DNA of 64,000 nucleotides, taken from assembly GCA_965112155.1 (NCBI GenBank), contig OZ218105.1. The stretch is one strand, 5' to 3'. The DNA comes from Podarcis liolepis (Eukaryota). Positions 1-12,160 of the stretch are shown in pieces (positions within the stretch are counted from its first letter, which is position 1; every line of letters starts with the position of its first letter). Below the pieces are notes generated by a model, which was not told the origin of the DNA, searched no databases, and worked only from the letters and a program-made list of their open reading frames with translations. A program made the position numbers and the translations under genes.

Positions 1-834
1 GCAGGCGATTATAGACAATTAGGATCGCCACATTTCCCCCCCTAGCAGTGCTCCTCTGCCTCATCACAGTTATTGGAGGCTTTCATTATCACTCCAAGCA
101 AGGGGGGGGGACTTCACTTGCAGAATTTCTGCTTTCATATACTTAAAAGGCACAGGTGATTCGCTATAAAAAATACGGACAATCGCACAGATTACTACAC
201 AGTTATCAAATCTGCAGGAGATCACTTATTTGGGAGAACAGGACTGCAGACAATTGTGTAAGAAAGCTAAAAATTGCAGATTTATTTCCATTTAAAGGGA
301 GCATAAGACTGGAGAAAGAGGTCTTAGGTCCTAGTTACTACTTAAGCAAATGCTTAGAAAATGCAGTGGAACTAGTTGAGGACTCGAGGACAAGGGCCGG
401 TGCCATGGATCAGCATTACTAGGCACCCACAGAGACCGAAGCCCCAACAGAAGAGGGTCCACCGCTAAATCCTATTCATTGGCTTAAAACCAATTTCTAT
501 ACTGCTCTTCAGTTAAGAGTTTCCAAGGAAGTATTACAACAGCTTGCAGACTGCAAAACACAAATCACCAATAAAATGGTTGAGAGAGCACAACAAACAA
601 TCCAAGCGGATATATAAAAATGCGCCAGAAGTTAAAAACCTGGGGGAATAAAAAGGTATTTGTCTGGCGCCTAGAAGATATTAACGTAGGCACTAGGCAA
701 GCCTCCCTAGGAGAGAGCCCCACCAGGGGTGCTACAAGTGAGAAGGCCCTGTCTGGCTGTTGCTATCCGGTCCTCTGCCACTCTAGGAAACACACAAGCA
801 GACACAACCCCAGGAAGCATCCAGTGATGTGAAG

Positions 835-910
835 GAATCATAGAATCGTAGACTTGTAGAGTTGGAAGAGACCCTGAGGGTCATCTAGTCCAACCCCCTG
901 CAGTGCAGGA
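835..910 (-). mobile_element. CR1 LINE 3' terminal fragment
   Basis: gaatcatagaatcgtaga...gtcatctagtccaaccccctgc is the reverse complement of a CR1 3' end with its (ATTCTRTG)n tail; a related copy lies at 36319-36398. Confidence 0.7.
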
Positions 911-3209
911 TTATGCAGCTGCCCCTATGAAGACTGAAATGGCAACCCTGGCATTATCAGCACCATGATCTAACCACTACCACAAATCAACAGGAGGTGA
1001 ACCACACCTGCCACTCCAAGCGTGTGAGCAGGGGCAAGAGCAAGGAGGAGGTGAATTCACAGAAACAGCAGCCACCCCCACCTCTCTCTTTCAGCAGTAG
1101 TGTGGGGCTGGACCCAAAGGAGGAGAGCAAGCAAATGGGCAGCACAGATGCCACCAAAGAGGATGTGGGCCCATCTTGTCCAATCTCCACTGCCTCTCCC
1201 AACCAAAAAGTCAACAGACAAACCCCTGAGTATCATGAGCCTCCCCCTCCCCATTTTTATCTACAAGCTTTGCTGAACTGGAGGCAGAAACAGTAGACCA
1301 AGACGAAATGAAATTAAACCACTGAGAATATACATTGATCGTGCCAAACACTGATCTAAAATTTGGAACTGGCCATATGTGCAACTGCTCAGGGGGGAAA
1401 ATCCTCCTGTGCCATTAACAGGGCTCTGACTGGAAGAAATCAGAAGTGAAGCTTTTCATGCCATGGAGCAAATCACCTGTTCACTGCTGTAGCTCAAACG
1501 GTTAAGGAAGAGCTAAAGGGACTGGTTGAAAAGTTGGCAGCTCTGCTGCTGCAGCAGCAGCAAGTCTGGACAACCAGGAAGCTCAAACTGAGCTTTTCCT
1601 TGAGGGCTGAAGAATGCTGCCTTCTATGATGATGTTGCTTCTAATCTAGGAACAAAAAGCCCTTTATCAAACACTCAGTGACCTATTTTACTACAGTACA
1701 GTATATTTACTGCATTCTGGATTGGAGTTGCCAACATTTTCTGGCAGATTTTCTGAGCCTTTAACAGGTGTGTAAGAAGATTTCTGCAAGTGAAGCCTTT
1801 CCCTCTCATTAGGCATCTGTGCAATTGGGAAAAGTTTCAACTACTGGCACTTTCCCCAATTATGCAGATGTGGTGATGAGAGCAAAAGGTTTCACATAAT
1901 GTATTCCTGCTTGTACAGCTGCAGTTCAGTTTGCAGAAGCCTGCTGGGACAAGCATCTCAGATCTATTCAGATGAAGGCATTACGTGCCTCCTTTTTTAC
2001 CCTAAGCTACCTCTTTAATATATTCCATCTTTTTAAGGATATTATTATTATTATTATTACTAAAAACAGCCAGGTGATTTATCCAATTTGCAGTATTTTT
2101 ATGAGTTGGGTGGACAGGGGGTGCAACACAACTCTGGTGGACACCAGCTTTCTTGTGTCAATTCCCTAAGCAAAATAAGAATATATCAGAATGTATATCC
2201 AGTAGATCCACTTTGTCTGTTCTCCTGCTCTGGAAGTTCTAAAAAACTCTGCTCAGGGACAGGTGTGTCTCCATTGTTGGTTTCGCAATCAAAGGACTGT
2301 CAAGTTCAATTGGCCAATAGATGCTTAAACATCTGTTACTAAATGCAGAGTTTTCTGAATGACAAAAGTAGGCATATTGCCATAATTATTATTTTTAATG
2401 GCCCAAGTTACTTCTTCCAATGTAATTGGGTACAAGGTGCGTTCTGATAACTAGGGTGACCACAATCGGTAAAGCTCACCCCACCATGAATATTTATGCC
2501 AGATATTTCTGTGTCAGGTTGATGTTAAAGGTACAAAGAGTAGGGGCAGAGATAAGAAACATCTGTACCAGTGCTCCACCTACATCGTTTTGATGTAATC
2601 CTTACAACACGTCTGTAAGTGTTAGCCTCCAGATTGCAGTAGCAGGTGGGTGGGAAGGCAGAGGATGAGAGCAAGGATGGCTTGCCTGGGGCTACTTTAT
2701 TATGACTTCATGGCAGAGGTGAGATTTGAACCAGGGTCTTCCTGAGTCAGCACTCTGTCTCTTTGCCATGGCTCTACATCAGCTTTTTTTAAAAAGCTTC
2801 TGATTACCCTAGTAAAAGACACTGGAGCAGAACCCTTTTTTAAAAGTGCGCAACCCTGCTATTGGCAACTTGAAAAACAAGTGCCTAGTTCTAGAGTTAA
2901 GACATTTGTGGCTCAGGGTCCATCTGCCCTTCCCTTTGTCTCATGATTTCAAGTGTCAGAGAGGGTTTATTTGGTCCTGCTGTTTTCCCCAGGAAAACCC
3001 GTTGCTTACTGCTTAATCAGAACAAACATCAATCTGCAGAAAACCCAAACATTTTTTTTTGGGGGGGGGGGCAAAGTGCCTCAGCCCTTAGGAGCTGGTG
3101 CCTATGGATGGAGGTGTCCAGGGGCACTCCAAAAAGAATGGGATGAGAGCAGTGCAACTTTGCTCCCACTTCTCAGTATTTCTGCAGCTTTCAACACCAT
3201 TGACTATGG

Positions 3210-3510
3210 CAGAGGTTTTCAACCTTTCGGAGTCCACAACTCCCTTAACCAACCACATTCTTTCTGCAGCACCCCTGTGAGGCTCAGGAGCCCAGTTGTG
3301 TCACTCCTTGCCCAGTTGTGTCACTCCCCTCCCCTCTCCTTGGAGTCCTCTGGGCAGCCACTGCTGCCACCCTTGGCCCCCTGCCCCAAAGAGAGGTGTC
3401 TCCCAGAGGCACCATTCACCTGCAGGGCTTTTGGCCAGGGCTGCTGCAACAAACAGCTGTGCAAATCTTTGGGAGGCTGAGACTTGAGAAGGCATCAAAG
3501 GAGGGAGGGA

Positions 3511-3562
<52 letters not shown>

Positions 3563-3623
3563 GGCCAGTGTTGCCCACAGCACCCCTGGGGTGCCACGGC
3601 ACACTGGACTATGAATACCTCTG
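3210..3623. mobile_element. Non-autonomous hAT-type DNA transposon (MITE)
   Basis: Terminal inverted repeats cagaggttttca / tgaatacctctg (11 of 12 match); 8-bp target duplication gactatgg (3202-3209) / gactacgg (3624-3631). Confidence 0.75.
3509..3560 (+). repeat. (GAAA)13 microsatellite
   Basis: Read directly; lies inside the MITE. Confidence 0.95.
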
Positions 3624-4319
3624 GACTACGGAATCCTCCTGGACTGGCTCTGTGAAGTGGGAATCTGGGGGCACTGTACTACAGTTGTCCTGGTCCCACC
3701 TATGAGACCAAGTCCAGAAAGGAGCACTGGAAAAGTGCTTTTTGGCTCCCTGGCAGTTATGCCACAGGCCACTGTTTTATCCCCAATGCTCTGAAACCAC
3801 TGGGAGTAGTCATTAGGAGTTTGGGGGCAGGATGCCATTTGTATGCTGATGATGCTCAGGTCTATTTTTTGAAAACATCTGAATCAGGGGAGCTCATGCA
3901 GGCCTGAATACAATGGTGGACTACATAAGGGAAAATAAACTGAGTTCGAATCCTGGCAAGACAGAGGCACTGTGGGTATAGAAATTTAATAAATAACAAT
4001 ATTTTTTGTAAACCGCTTAGAAGTTTTGTTTATAAACAAGCAGTATATAAATTTTGCTAAATCGATCAATTACAGTCACCTGAGTCACACACTCACATGC
4101 AACTTTCAATAAGGGGATAATAGTTTCTATTTACAAAGCTACTATATTCTCACCACTCTTTCCTTTGGAACTTTTGTTCATTTGTTACAACACCCCAAGG
4201 CTATTCATATTCTATATATTCAATTTATTTTGGACAATATTGAACTTGACATCCTTGATTAATAAGAGCACAGTTTTCTGAACTATAAGTGTGTTGGGTC
4301 CATAGAGGGAAGCAAAACC

Positions 4320-4410
4320 TACAAAAGGAGTCCTGTGGCACCTTTAAAAGCTATTGTGTTTGTTAATAGCAGAATCTTTTACAGGCCAGAGCCCAACTTT
4401 ATCACATGGC
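4320..4410. mobile_element. Penelope-like element terminal remnant
   Basis: aggagtcctgtggcacctttaaaag... resembles a common reptile Penelope-type terminus; related degraded copy at ~42620-42745. Confidence 0.45.
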
Positions 4411-4896
4411 GACAATGTCAAGGAGATTTCAAGGTGTTGCTTCATTCTAGCACAGTCTGTGGTTTGGGGTCCTGCTGGCTTTCTCCACAGCTATCTCAGA
4501 TATTCATTATCTGAGGGAGGCAGAAAGTGCTATCAGACCATGTTTTCATCATCCAGCACCCTCCTCCAATCTACATGACTGTGTATTCCAGGTTTTGGCC
4601 AGCCCCTTTAACTGCAATTTGTTCTGCAGCAAATTAATGGTGAAACACCTTGCTCCATACTACCACTTGATGACTTTTGCAGAGGCACAGGGGTGAGAGC
4701 TTCCTTTTTTGGCCAACTGGCAACCCTATTTTAATAATAACCAATTCGGCTCAGTTGGATTTGCTTAATAGCTTGACAAGAGATTGTTGGTAAGTCATTT
4801 AATCCTCTCATTTACAACCCAGCTTCTTCTTTTTTGGTAACAATAGGAAGAACCAGACAACCAGTATAACAAGAAGCTCAGGAATATGCCTTAACC

Positions 4897-5034
4897 CAGG
4901 GATAGGGTATCTGTGACCCTCCAGATGTTGTTGGACTCCAACTCCCATCAGTCTCAGCCAGGGTGGTCAACAGTCAGGAATGATAGGAGCTGTAGGCTGG
5001 ACACATCTGGAGGACCATGGGTTCCCCATTCCTG
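4897..5034. mobile_element. Short hAT-type MITE
   Basis: cagggatagg...ccccattcctg termini, internal inverted ccagatgt/acatctgg, flanked by near-perfect 8-bp duplication ccttaacc / ccttaatc. Confidence 0.7.
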
Positions 5035-5303
5035 CCTTAATCCATAGGTTGGTTCATTCACTGCATATGGAAAACTGAAGTGTGAGATAACATAGACTCA
5101 AACTCACACAACCCTTTTCCAAAAAATTTTTAGCACGATGTATTATAGAAATGGTGGCAGAACAGCTGTAGAGAAAGATCAGGCTGCTGTTGCCTCGGCT
5201 GCGCATCCATATATCCAGTGCATTTCCACAAGAGCACAGAACTGAAACCCATAGTTGGAACTTTGGAGCAGCTTTGCAGAAGATGAGAAAATAAATAACT
5301 CAC

Positions 5304-5362
5304 CCACTGGTTCCTGGTCTCTGGGCCTGAGAGAAACGCCAGTCTGTGTTAGGCTGTGCTTG
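5304..5362 (-). CDS. PCDHG: Protocadherin gamma constant exon 1 (59 bp), [19 protein letters not shown](G)
   Basis: Minus strand reads pyrimidine tract ...tttgtgtttctcttgcag | CAAGCACAGCCTAACACAGACTGGCGTTTCTCTCAGGCCCAGAGACCAGGAACCAGTGG | gtgagt; length and peptide match the mammalian gamma constant exon 1 ([20 protein letters not shown]). Not captured by the ORF track. Confidence 0.97.
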
Positions 5363-7739
5363 CTGCAAGAGAAACACAAAGAGAGGTTTAATGCTTCTAT
5401 TCCTAAAATGAAGCTCAGCTATAAAATACACACACACATGCACACACAAGCAGAGAACGCCATTATATGTTCCAAAATACTTCTAAAGAAGCGTGATTGG
5501 TTAACATGATAAGAAAGTAATCTAAATAATCTTGCAGAAGATAAGACAGTCAGAAACTATCCATGAATAATGAAGCATGAAATAAGCTTGAAGGGGCATC
5601 ATTTAAACCACAGAACACCAGAACATTAGGAATATTTTTTTTTGGGGGGGGGGGAGAAGAACAGAATTAATTGGTACTGAGAGAATACCAACATCTGAAA
5701 TGCTAATAGAATTTCCTAATTTATAATCTTTTCTGAAACAGGTCAGTGTTAGGGCTTTGATTTAATGTCTTCTGTTTCCTTTGATCTTTGGAGCTTTGCA
5801 ATCTTTTTCGCCCACTGAGATTAAAAATTCCATTTCCCACAACAATAATGATTTCTTTGAAGGCGCAACAGAAGACACTATATCAGAATAGACTGAGCCA
5901 TGTATTACTTTCCACCCACATTGTTGTATTATTAGAACAATGGACATTTTGTAAATAAAGGAGTACATAAAATGCCACTATGAGCAGCATGTCTGAATGG
6001 CTCTTTGTGATCACAGCTGAAAGACACAGTGTGGTTGATGCATGCTGCAAAACTCCAGATATCCTGTCAGTCTCCTCCATTAATCCTTCAGTAATAATAT
6101 TCCACACCATTAGAGAGATTTGCACCCGAACCGTTGTTTATGTGTTTTTTTCCTTAAACAAAATGGACAAACGTGTTTTAAGATCAGGATACAAGGGTGT
6201 AATCGACATCTTATTCAAGCAATGTCAAAATCAGAATTGATTCAGGTGAATCTGGACTCCAAGAACCCTGCAAATAAAAAACTATATGCCTGCAATCCAA
6301 ACCCCACTTGCCTGAGAGTAAGCCCAATTAAATTCAATAGGACTCATTTCTGAGTAGACATAGTTAGGGCTGAGACAATGTGTCCTACTACAATAGGAGG
6401 ATTCCAGCTTTTCTGATTATTGATCTGTGAACACTAAAGGATTAAAATATACTACTTGTGTCAGTTAAACAAGTTCGTAAATCTATTTATGTATGTGTAT
6501 GTGTAAAATTATCATATATGACAGTATATAGCATGTATAAATATACATATATTTCTCTGCAGACTAAATATGCAGAAACAAGCCTCCTCCTTTGAGTTAT
6601 TCATTGTGAACACTTACTTCCTCAGTTGCTTCAATAATTTGCAGAGCCAGAGGCTACAATAATCAAACCTTGAATCCTAAATTTAAACACCTAAATACAG
6701 GCAATTCTTTAAATATATTTTGAGCATCTTCAGCACAAAAAAACCCCTCACACACAACCTGTGGTTTTTCTGAAGTTTAGAAAATGGCACCTGTTTTTTT
6801 AAGTTTCTAAATGTGGATTTAGGCATTCCTAAAATGGTTAAGTTCCTGTCCCCAAGTCTCAAAAAGCTCAAATTTCAGCTATATTTCTTTACGAGGTGGC
6901 AAAAGCTGGAATGTGAAAGCTGTGTACGATAAGGATTGCAAAACAGAGTGTCATGTGTTGCAAAATACTGCATTCTTTCTGCACATAGTATCTTCATAGC
7001 GCCAGCAAAATTTAGAAGCAGGAAAGAAGCAAAAATGAAGTAAGAACAGTTTGTTAAAATTACTGATATGTAAATTTTGTGTTGTTGCTTTTTCTTAAAT
7101 AAGCTGAGCCTGCCCCTTTCACCAAGGGGTCACTGCTTCCTGTCCCTTGTGTTACCAATGGGAATTTTTTTAAAATTTTTTTATTTATATTTTAAAATGT
7201 ATTCTTGCTCACATTATAACACATCCAAGTAATTCAGTTAAAAATATACCTTCTCATTTGCAGTCACTCCTAGCTCCTGCCACTCTTATGGAAAGGGCTT
7301 GATGATGACCTCCTGTGCACTTCTGAAATGCCCATTCACTTCAATGGGACTTGCACAGAAGAACTTCCCAGTGAATGGTCATAAGATGTTTCCCCTACGG
7401 TGCTACTTAAGTGTAACTGTGATGTCACTAAATCATGTATTTATAGGACGTACTTGTTTTAAACGCTTGCAGGCTGCTTTTGGGGCAAAGACCCACTGAT
7501 GCAACATGTCAAAATTAAAACATGCTCAAAATGGCAAAGTAACACTAGCAGCTTCACAGTTTTCCCACAACATTACCTTAAGATGGTGATAGATCTGGAT
7601 TTGCCTGACAGTTTTACAGAACTCTGATAATGGTGGCAGTGAGGTGAGTAGGGAGTACTTTTTAAAATGAATCCAGCAACCCTCACCTTTTGACCCATCT
7701 CCTCACCATCACCACCATCACAGTCTCTTTTGCTAAAGG

Positions 7740-8140
7740 ATCCATTAAGCACATCTGTGCAAAACGATGCAGCTAAAGATGCCTCAACATATACACCCAT
7801 GTGGTCCCATTTCAGTCTCTTCCTTTGAACCTCTGCTCAGAGCTAACTTCTTCCATAAAGCTGTTGGTTTAAACCTCTGGCTTTCCTCTCCAGCCGAGAT
7901 GAGAGTGGAGTCAAAGTCTGTTCAGATCTGGCTTCTTCCCCAAATGTTTGCTGCACATGTAGAGAAGGTCTGGAACAGAGCTCGTTTGTAGCTGCATCTG
8001 CTCTCATTCATCCTTCGCTAAACTTGCCTCCCCCTTTTCTCTGACTACATTTAGGTCGAGAGCTGCTTGTGGCAGGGCCATGGCTTGTGCTCTTCTTTAC
8101 TCTGTAAAGTGCTGTGCACACGGGTGGCATAATAATAATT
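7740..8140 (+). mobile_element. Old L2-like LINE 3' end
   Basis: Ends tttaggtcgagagctgcttgtggcagggcc...ctgtaaagtgctgtgcacac...ataataataat, the layout of an L2-type 3' tail. Confidence 0.5.
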
Positions 8141-8855
8141 CTACTACTGAGTTTTTAAAAGCCTAACTGACAAGCAACAGTAGCAACCCAAACAGGACTG
8201 TGCATCCACCTGACATTATGTCCAGCATAGGGCTACCTAAACGTCCCATCAGCACATGGGTTTCCTCTTGCACAACAGGACTCCTCTTGCCTGTTGCCTC
8301 CCCCCTCCCCCTCCTGCTGTGACCACCTAACTCTGTCTGGAGGTTCCTCAACTCTTGGGAGCAGATTTGGGGAGAGTTTGTTGAACAGGTTGAGAGGAAG
8401 AATGGGAGGAGGGAAGCGGGCAGACCCCATTTCACAAGCAGAAATCCTTGCACGGATGGGATGCATGTGTTGGATTACCACCCTATATATTTGTTTTATT
8501 ATACCACCCTTTAATCATATTCCCAGGAGTCCCAGTCAAGAGCAACCACTGCACATGCATTCTCCTCTCACCCCAATTTACCACAGAACATCCTGGGGTG
8601 GGGGGAGGCAGCTGGAGAGAGTGTAGCATGGAAAGAAATGAAAGCCCTACATGCACCTTGTAAAAAGCATAACAGCTGCAAAATGAAGGAACCCCGGGAT
8701 GTCACCCTCCACAACATACACACGCATGCATACACACCTCATTTACCTCTTTACACCTAGCAGATGGAAGTCTATGGTAGATAAATATGGTAGATAAATA
8801 TGGATTTATGGATTGCAAGCAGAAATGTTTTAAGAATCACTTTAGTGTATCTTAC

Positions 8856-11291
8856 CCCATCAGAGGGACTCTGCAAAACACTGCCTGCCTGCTCAAAGGC
8901 AAGCATGCTTTCTGCTGTAGTGGAATGACTGAAAGGTTTAACAAAAAAGAATTCGCCCTGTTCAGACATTGGAGAGAGACAAGACTTGTAGTGCTGAGCT
9001 CCAGCTCCGCCCACTTCAAGGTATCTGATAAAGCCTTCGGGATGTGGGCGCCCAGTGAAATTTATGGTGGATTTCCTGTCTGTCCTCTTACTACAGCAGT
9101 GTGACATGAACCAGCTGGGGACACAGAGGCCAGATCTGAAGCACCTGGCCCCCACAATAACCAACATTACACAAGAGACCAGAGAGATGGCCACAAGAGA
9201 GATGATAAGGTAGAGAGTTAGGCTGGGGGCTCTGGAAGGTGATTTGGGGAGAAGGTCCAAGGACTTGGAAAAGTCCTGCACAGCATTATCCTCTGAGGAA
9301 ATCACAAGAACCAGTGAGGCTGAGAGAGACGGCACTCCATTGTCTCTTACTTCTATCACCAACCTGTGGGACACCCCAGGCTCCCTCAATGCCCGAACAG
9401 CCCGGATCTCTCCTGAGTGGCGTTCCACTTTGAACGGGGTGGCTTCATTGGCATCCTGAAGCAAACTATATGACAGCCAAGCATTGTGGCCACTGTCAGC
9501 ATCCACAGCCACCACTTTGGTCACCAGGAATCCAGGTTCCACCGGGAGCAGAACTGGCTGGTGAAAGGCAGAGCCCTTGGAGACTTGCGGGTGCACAATC
9601 ACCGGGGCGTTGTCGTTCTGGTCCACAACAAACAAGTGAAGAGTGGCTGTGCTGCTCAGGGGTGGGAAACCCGAATCCTTCACCTCCACTGCAACTTGAA
9701 AGACTTTCTCTTGCTCATAGTCAAGCATCCTGGATGTGTAAATGCTGCCATTCTCTTGGTTGATGTGGAAATAGGTCGAAATGGGTAAGCCATGATTTCC
9801 ATTGTCCACAATGGAATAAGACAGCTTGGAGTTGACACCTGCATCCGGATCTGAGGCTGACAGAGAAAAAACTAGAGTCCCAGGGGAAGTATTTTCCTCC
9901 ACATGGGCAGTGTATGAAGGGATGGAGAAAGTGGGTGCATTGTCATTGACATCTGAGACTTGAATAAATATGTTTTTGTGGGTGGATTTTTGAGGCATTC
10001 CAGAATCTGTTGCTTTAATTGTGATATTATATCCAGCAGCCTTCTCTCGGTCCAGGGGCCCATTGGTCACCAGTGAATAATGTCCCTTAAAGGAAGACAC
10101 CAGTTTGAACGGGATGTGCCTGGTAATCTCCAAGTGGACTTGCCCATTTTCCTCAGAGTCGTTGTCCTTTGCTTGGATCAGGGCAATGACTGTTCCTGTG
10201 GGTGCATCTTCTTGCACTGGGCTAGAGAGGGAGGTCAGCATAATCTCTGGGCGGTTGTCATTGACATCAACAAGTTCCACTCTGATGTTGCAGTGACCCT
10301 CCATGGCAGGGGACCCCTTGTCTTTTATGTAGATAGCTATCTCGTAAGCATTGGCTTCTTCGTAGTCCAGCAGAGCTTTGGTCCTGATCTCCCCTGTCTG
10401 GGGATCCAAGCTAAACAAGTCAAGGAGCTTGAGAGGTGCGCTATTGCTGGCTTTGAGGAAATACTCCATCTCTCCATTGGGACCTTCATCTAAGTCCGTA
10501 ACATTGAGCTTAGTTACAACAGTCCCCACCTGGACGTTTTCCTCCAAATAAACTTTGGACACTGGCGGGTCACACACAGGGGGGTTGTCATTTGCATCCA
10601 GGACGTGGACTGTCACCTGGGCAGTCCCAGACTGAACAGGATTCCCACTATCCAGAGCTGTCAGGACTAAGTGATGGACAGCGGCTTTTTCCCTGTCTAG
10701 AAGCTTCTCCAGCACAATTTCGGGCATTTTGACCCCGTCCCCCCTGACGTTAATGCTCAAGGCAAAATGTTCGCTTGGGCTGAGCTCATAGGTGGCAATG
10801 GAGTTGGAGCCCGTGTCCGGGTCTTCGGCGGCTTCCAGGCGCAAGCGGGTGCCCGGGTTGGCCACCTCGGTGATTTCCAAGGAAACCCTGTCCTTCGGGA
10901 ACCTGGGGGCGTTGTCGTTCACGTCCAGGATCTCCACCTCCACCCGGTGTAGCTGCAGGGGGTTCTCCAGCACCAGCTGGAGAGGGAAGGAGCACGTGGG
11001 GCTGGAGCTGCACAGAGCTTCGCGGTCCAGCCTCTCGTGGACCAGCAACATGCCGTCGGCGAGGTTGACATGGAAGTAGTGGCGCATCCCGTCGCTGACC
11101 AGCTGCAGGCGGCGAGCGGACAAGCTCCGCACGTCCACGCCTAGGTCCTTCGCCACGTTCCCCACGGAAGAGCCTGGGTCCCGGTCCTCTGGGATGGAGT
11201 AGCGAATCTGCGCGGGGATGAGCCCTGGCAGGGACAAGACGGCAGCCACCAGCGCCAGCAGCTGCCACGACCAGCTCTGCCCGCCGCCCAT
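8856..11291 (-). CDS. Protocadherin gamma C-type variable exon (last before the constant region; no mammalian positional counterpart)
   Basis: Intact ORF: signal peptide, six cadherin repeats (DRE, DxNDN, AxDxG), TM, variable cytoplasmic domain; first ATG 11291; phase-0 donor GATGGG|gtaaga at 8856. Confidence 0.93.
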
Positions 11292-11900
11292 GCCTGGCTC
11301 CTTTGCGCGCAAGGATGGCCGTCTCCAGCGGCTGCCTCTGCTCCAGGTATCCAGCCCGGGGGTGGCCGCTGCTGCCTCCGGACCCCGCCGCAGTCCGGTG
11401 CCCCCCGCCCCGCCCCCCAGGTCTGCTCCTGGCGGCTCCGGGGTGACCTGAGAGGTGCTGTGCAGCGGAAAGGCGCGGGCTGCAGCTGGAGAGGCGGGAG
11501 GGGGGAGCGGGGGGATTTTAAAGCGCTCGGATCAGCAGCAGCTCATTGGCAAAAGGAGCAGCAGAGAAAAGGGGTTGTGAAATGGATACAGACAAGCGGC
11601 AATTCCCTCCTCGGCGGCGGCGGCGGCAGCAGCAGAAGAGAAGCCCCTTCCCCGAAACGCACACACACCCTGCTGCTCCCCCCTCCCCAATCTCTCTTGC
11701 CACCAGTTTTCCCTCCCTGCGCTTCCCATTCCTTTCCCAGCGCAGCAGAGAGATTTGGAGGGCTGACCCAAGGGAGCCATTGGCCAGAAGAGCTCCCTTG
11801 ATGCCCCTCTTGGTGGAAAAGCAGGAATCGAAGGTGCAGAACGCAGACAGGGCGAGCTGCTGACGGCAGCTGTAACTCCAGGAGGGGGGAGGGGGCTACT
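10720..11900. promoter_or_regulatory. CpG-island promoter of the last C-type exon, with CCAAT box and (GGC)n(AGC)n tract
   Basis: High GC and CpG density over EC1-EC2 and upstream; sense-strand GCCAATGAGC at 11541-11550; no CSE-type GCCGCTGTTGRCC seen. Confidence 0.7.
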
Positions 11901-12160
11901 CTACCCTCCTGCAACCTCTTCACTTCAATCCCCTCCCTCCTCCCCTCCCCCTCCCCCCGCTCATAAAGAAAGAGAGGAAAATTAGGCACACAAAGCTTTT
12001 GAGCAGATAGGTTCAATGTATCACAGCCTATGCTTGAGACCACGCATTGATTCCTCACCCCCACCCCAGGCACTTCTCCTAGGTGCAGGGAAACTCAAAA
12101 GAAAAGGAAGGTGGTGCCATGGCTGGAACAAAATAGGGACACTACATGGAAAATCCTCAC

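Larger units (their letters stand above)
3130..4050 (+). mobile_element. Degraded L2/CR1-group LINE reverse-transcriptase fragment, interrupted by a hAT MITE
   Basis: Fragments translate as LLSISAAFNTIDYG | ILLDWL..VGI.GTVLQ, then YADDAQVY at ~3842 (RT catalytic YADD) and a KL..NPGKTE-like motif; many frameshifts. Confidence 0.7.

Noticed and set aside
1-5300. Constant exons 2 and 3
   Set aside because: No SQNGD..[21 protein letters not shown]-like sequence seen; presumably left of the window.
8772-8855. C-terminal tails of the ORF-track proteins after the splice donor (all eight exons)
   Set aside because: Intron read-through past a consensus phase-0 donor; unspliced isoforms are possible but not supported by sequence alone.
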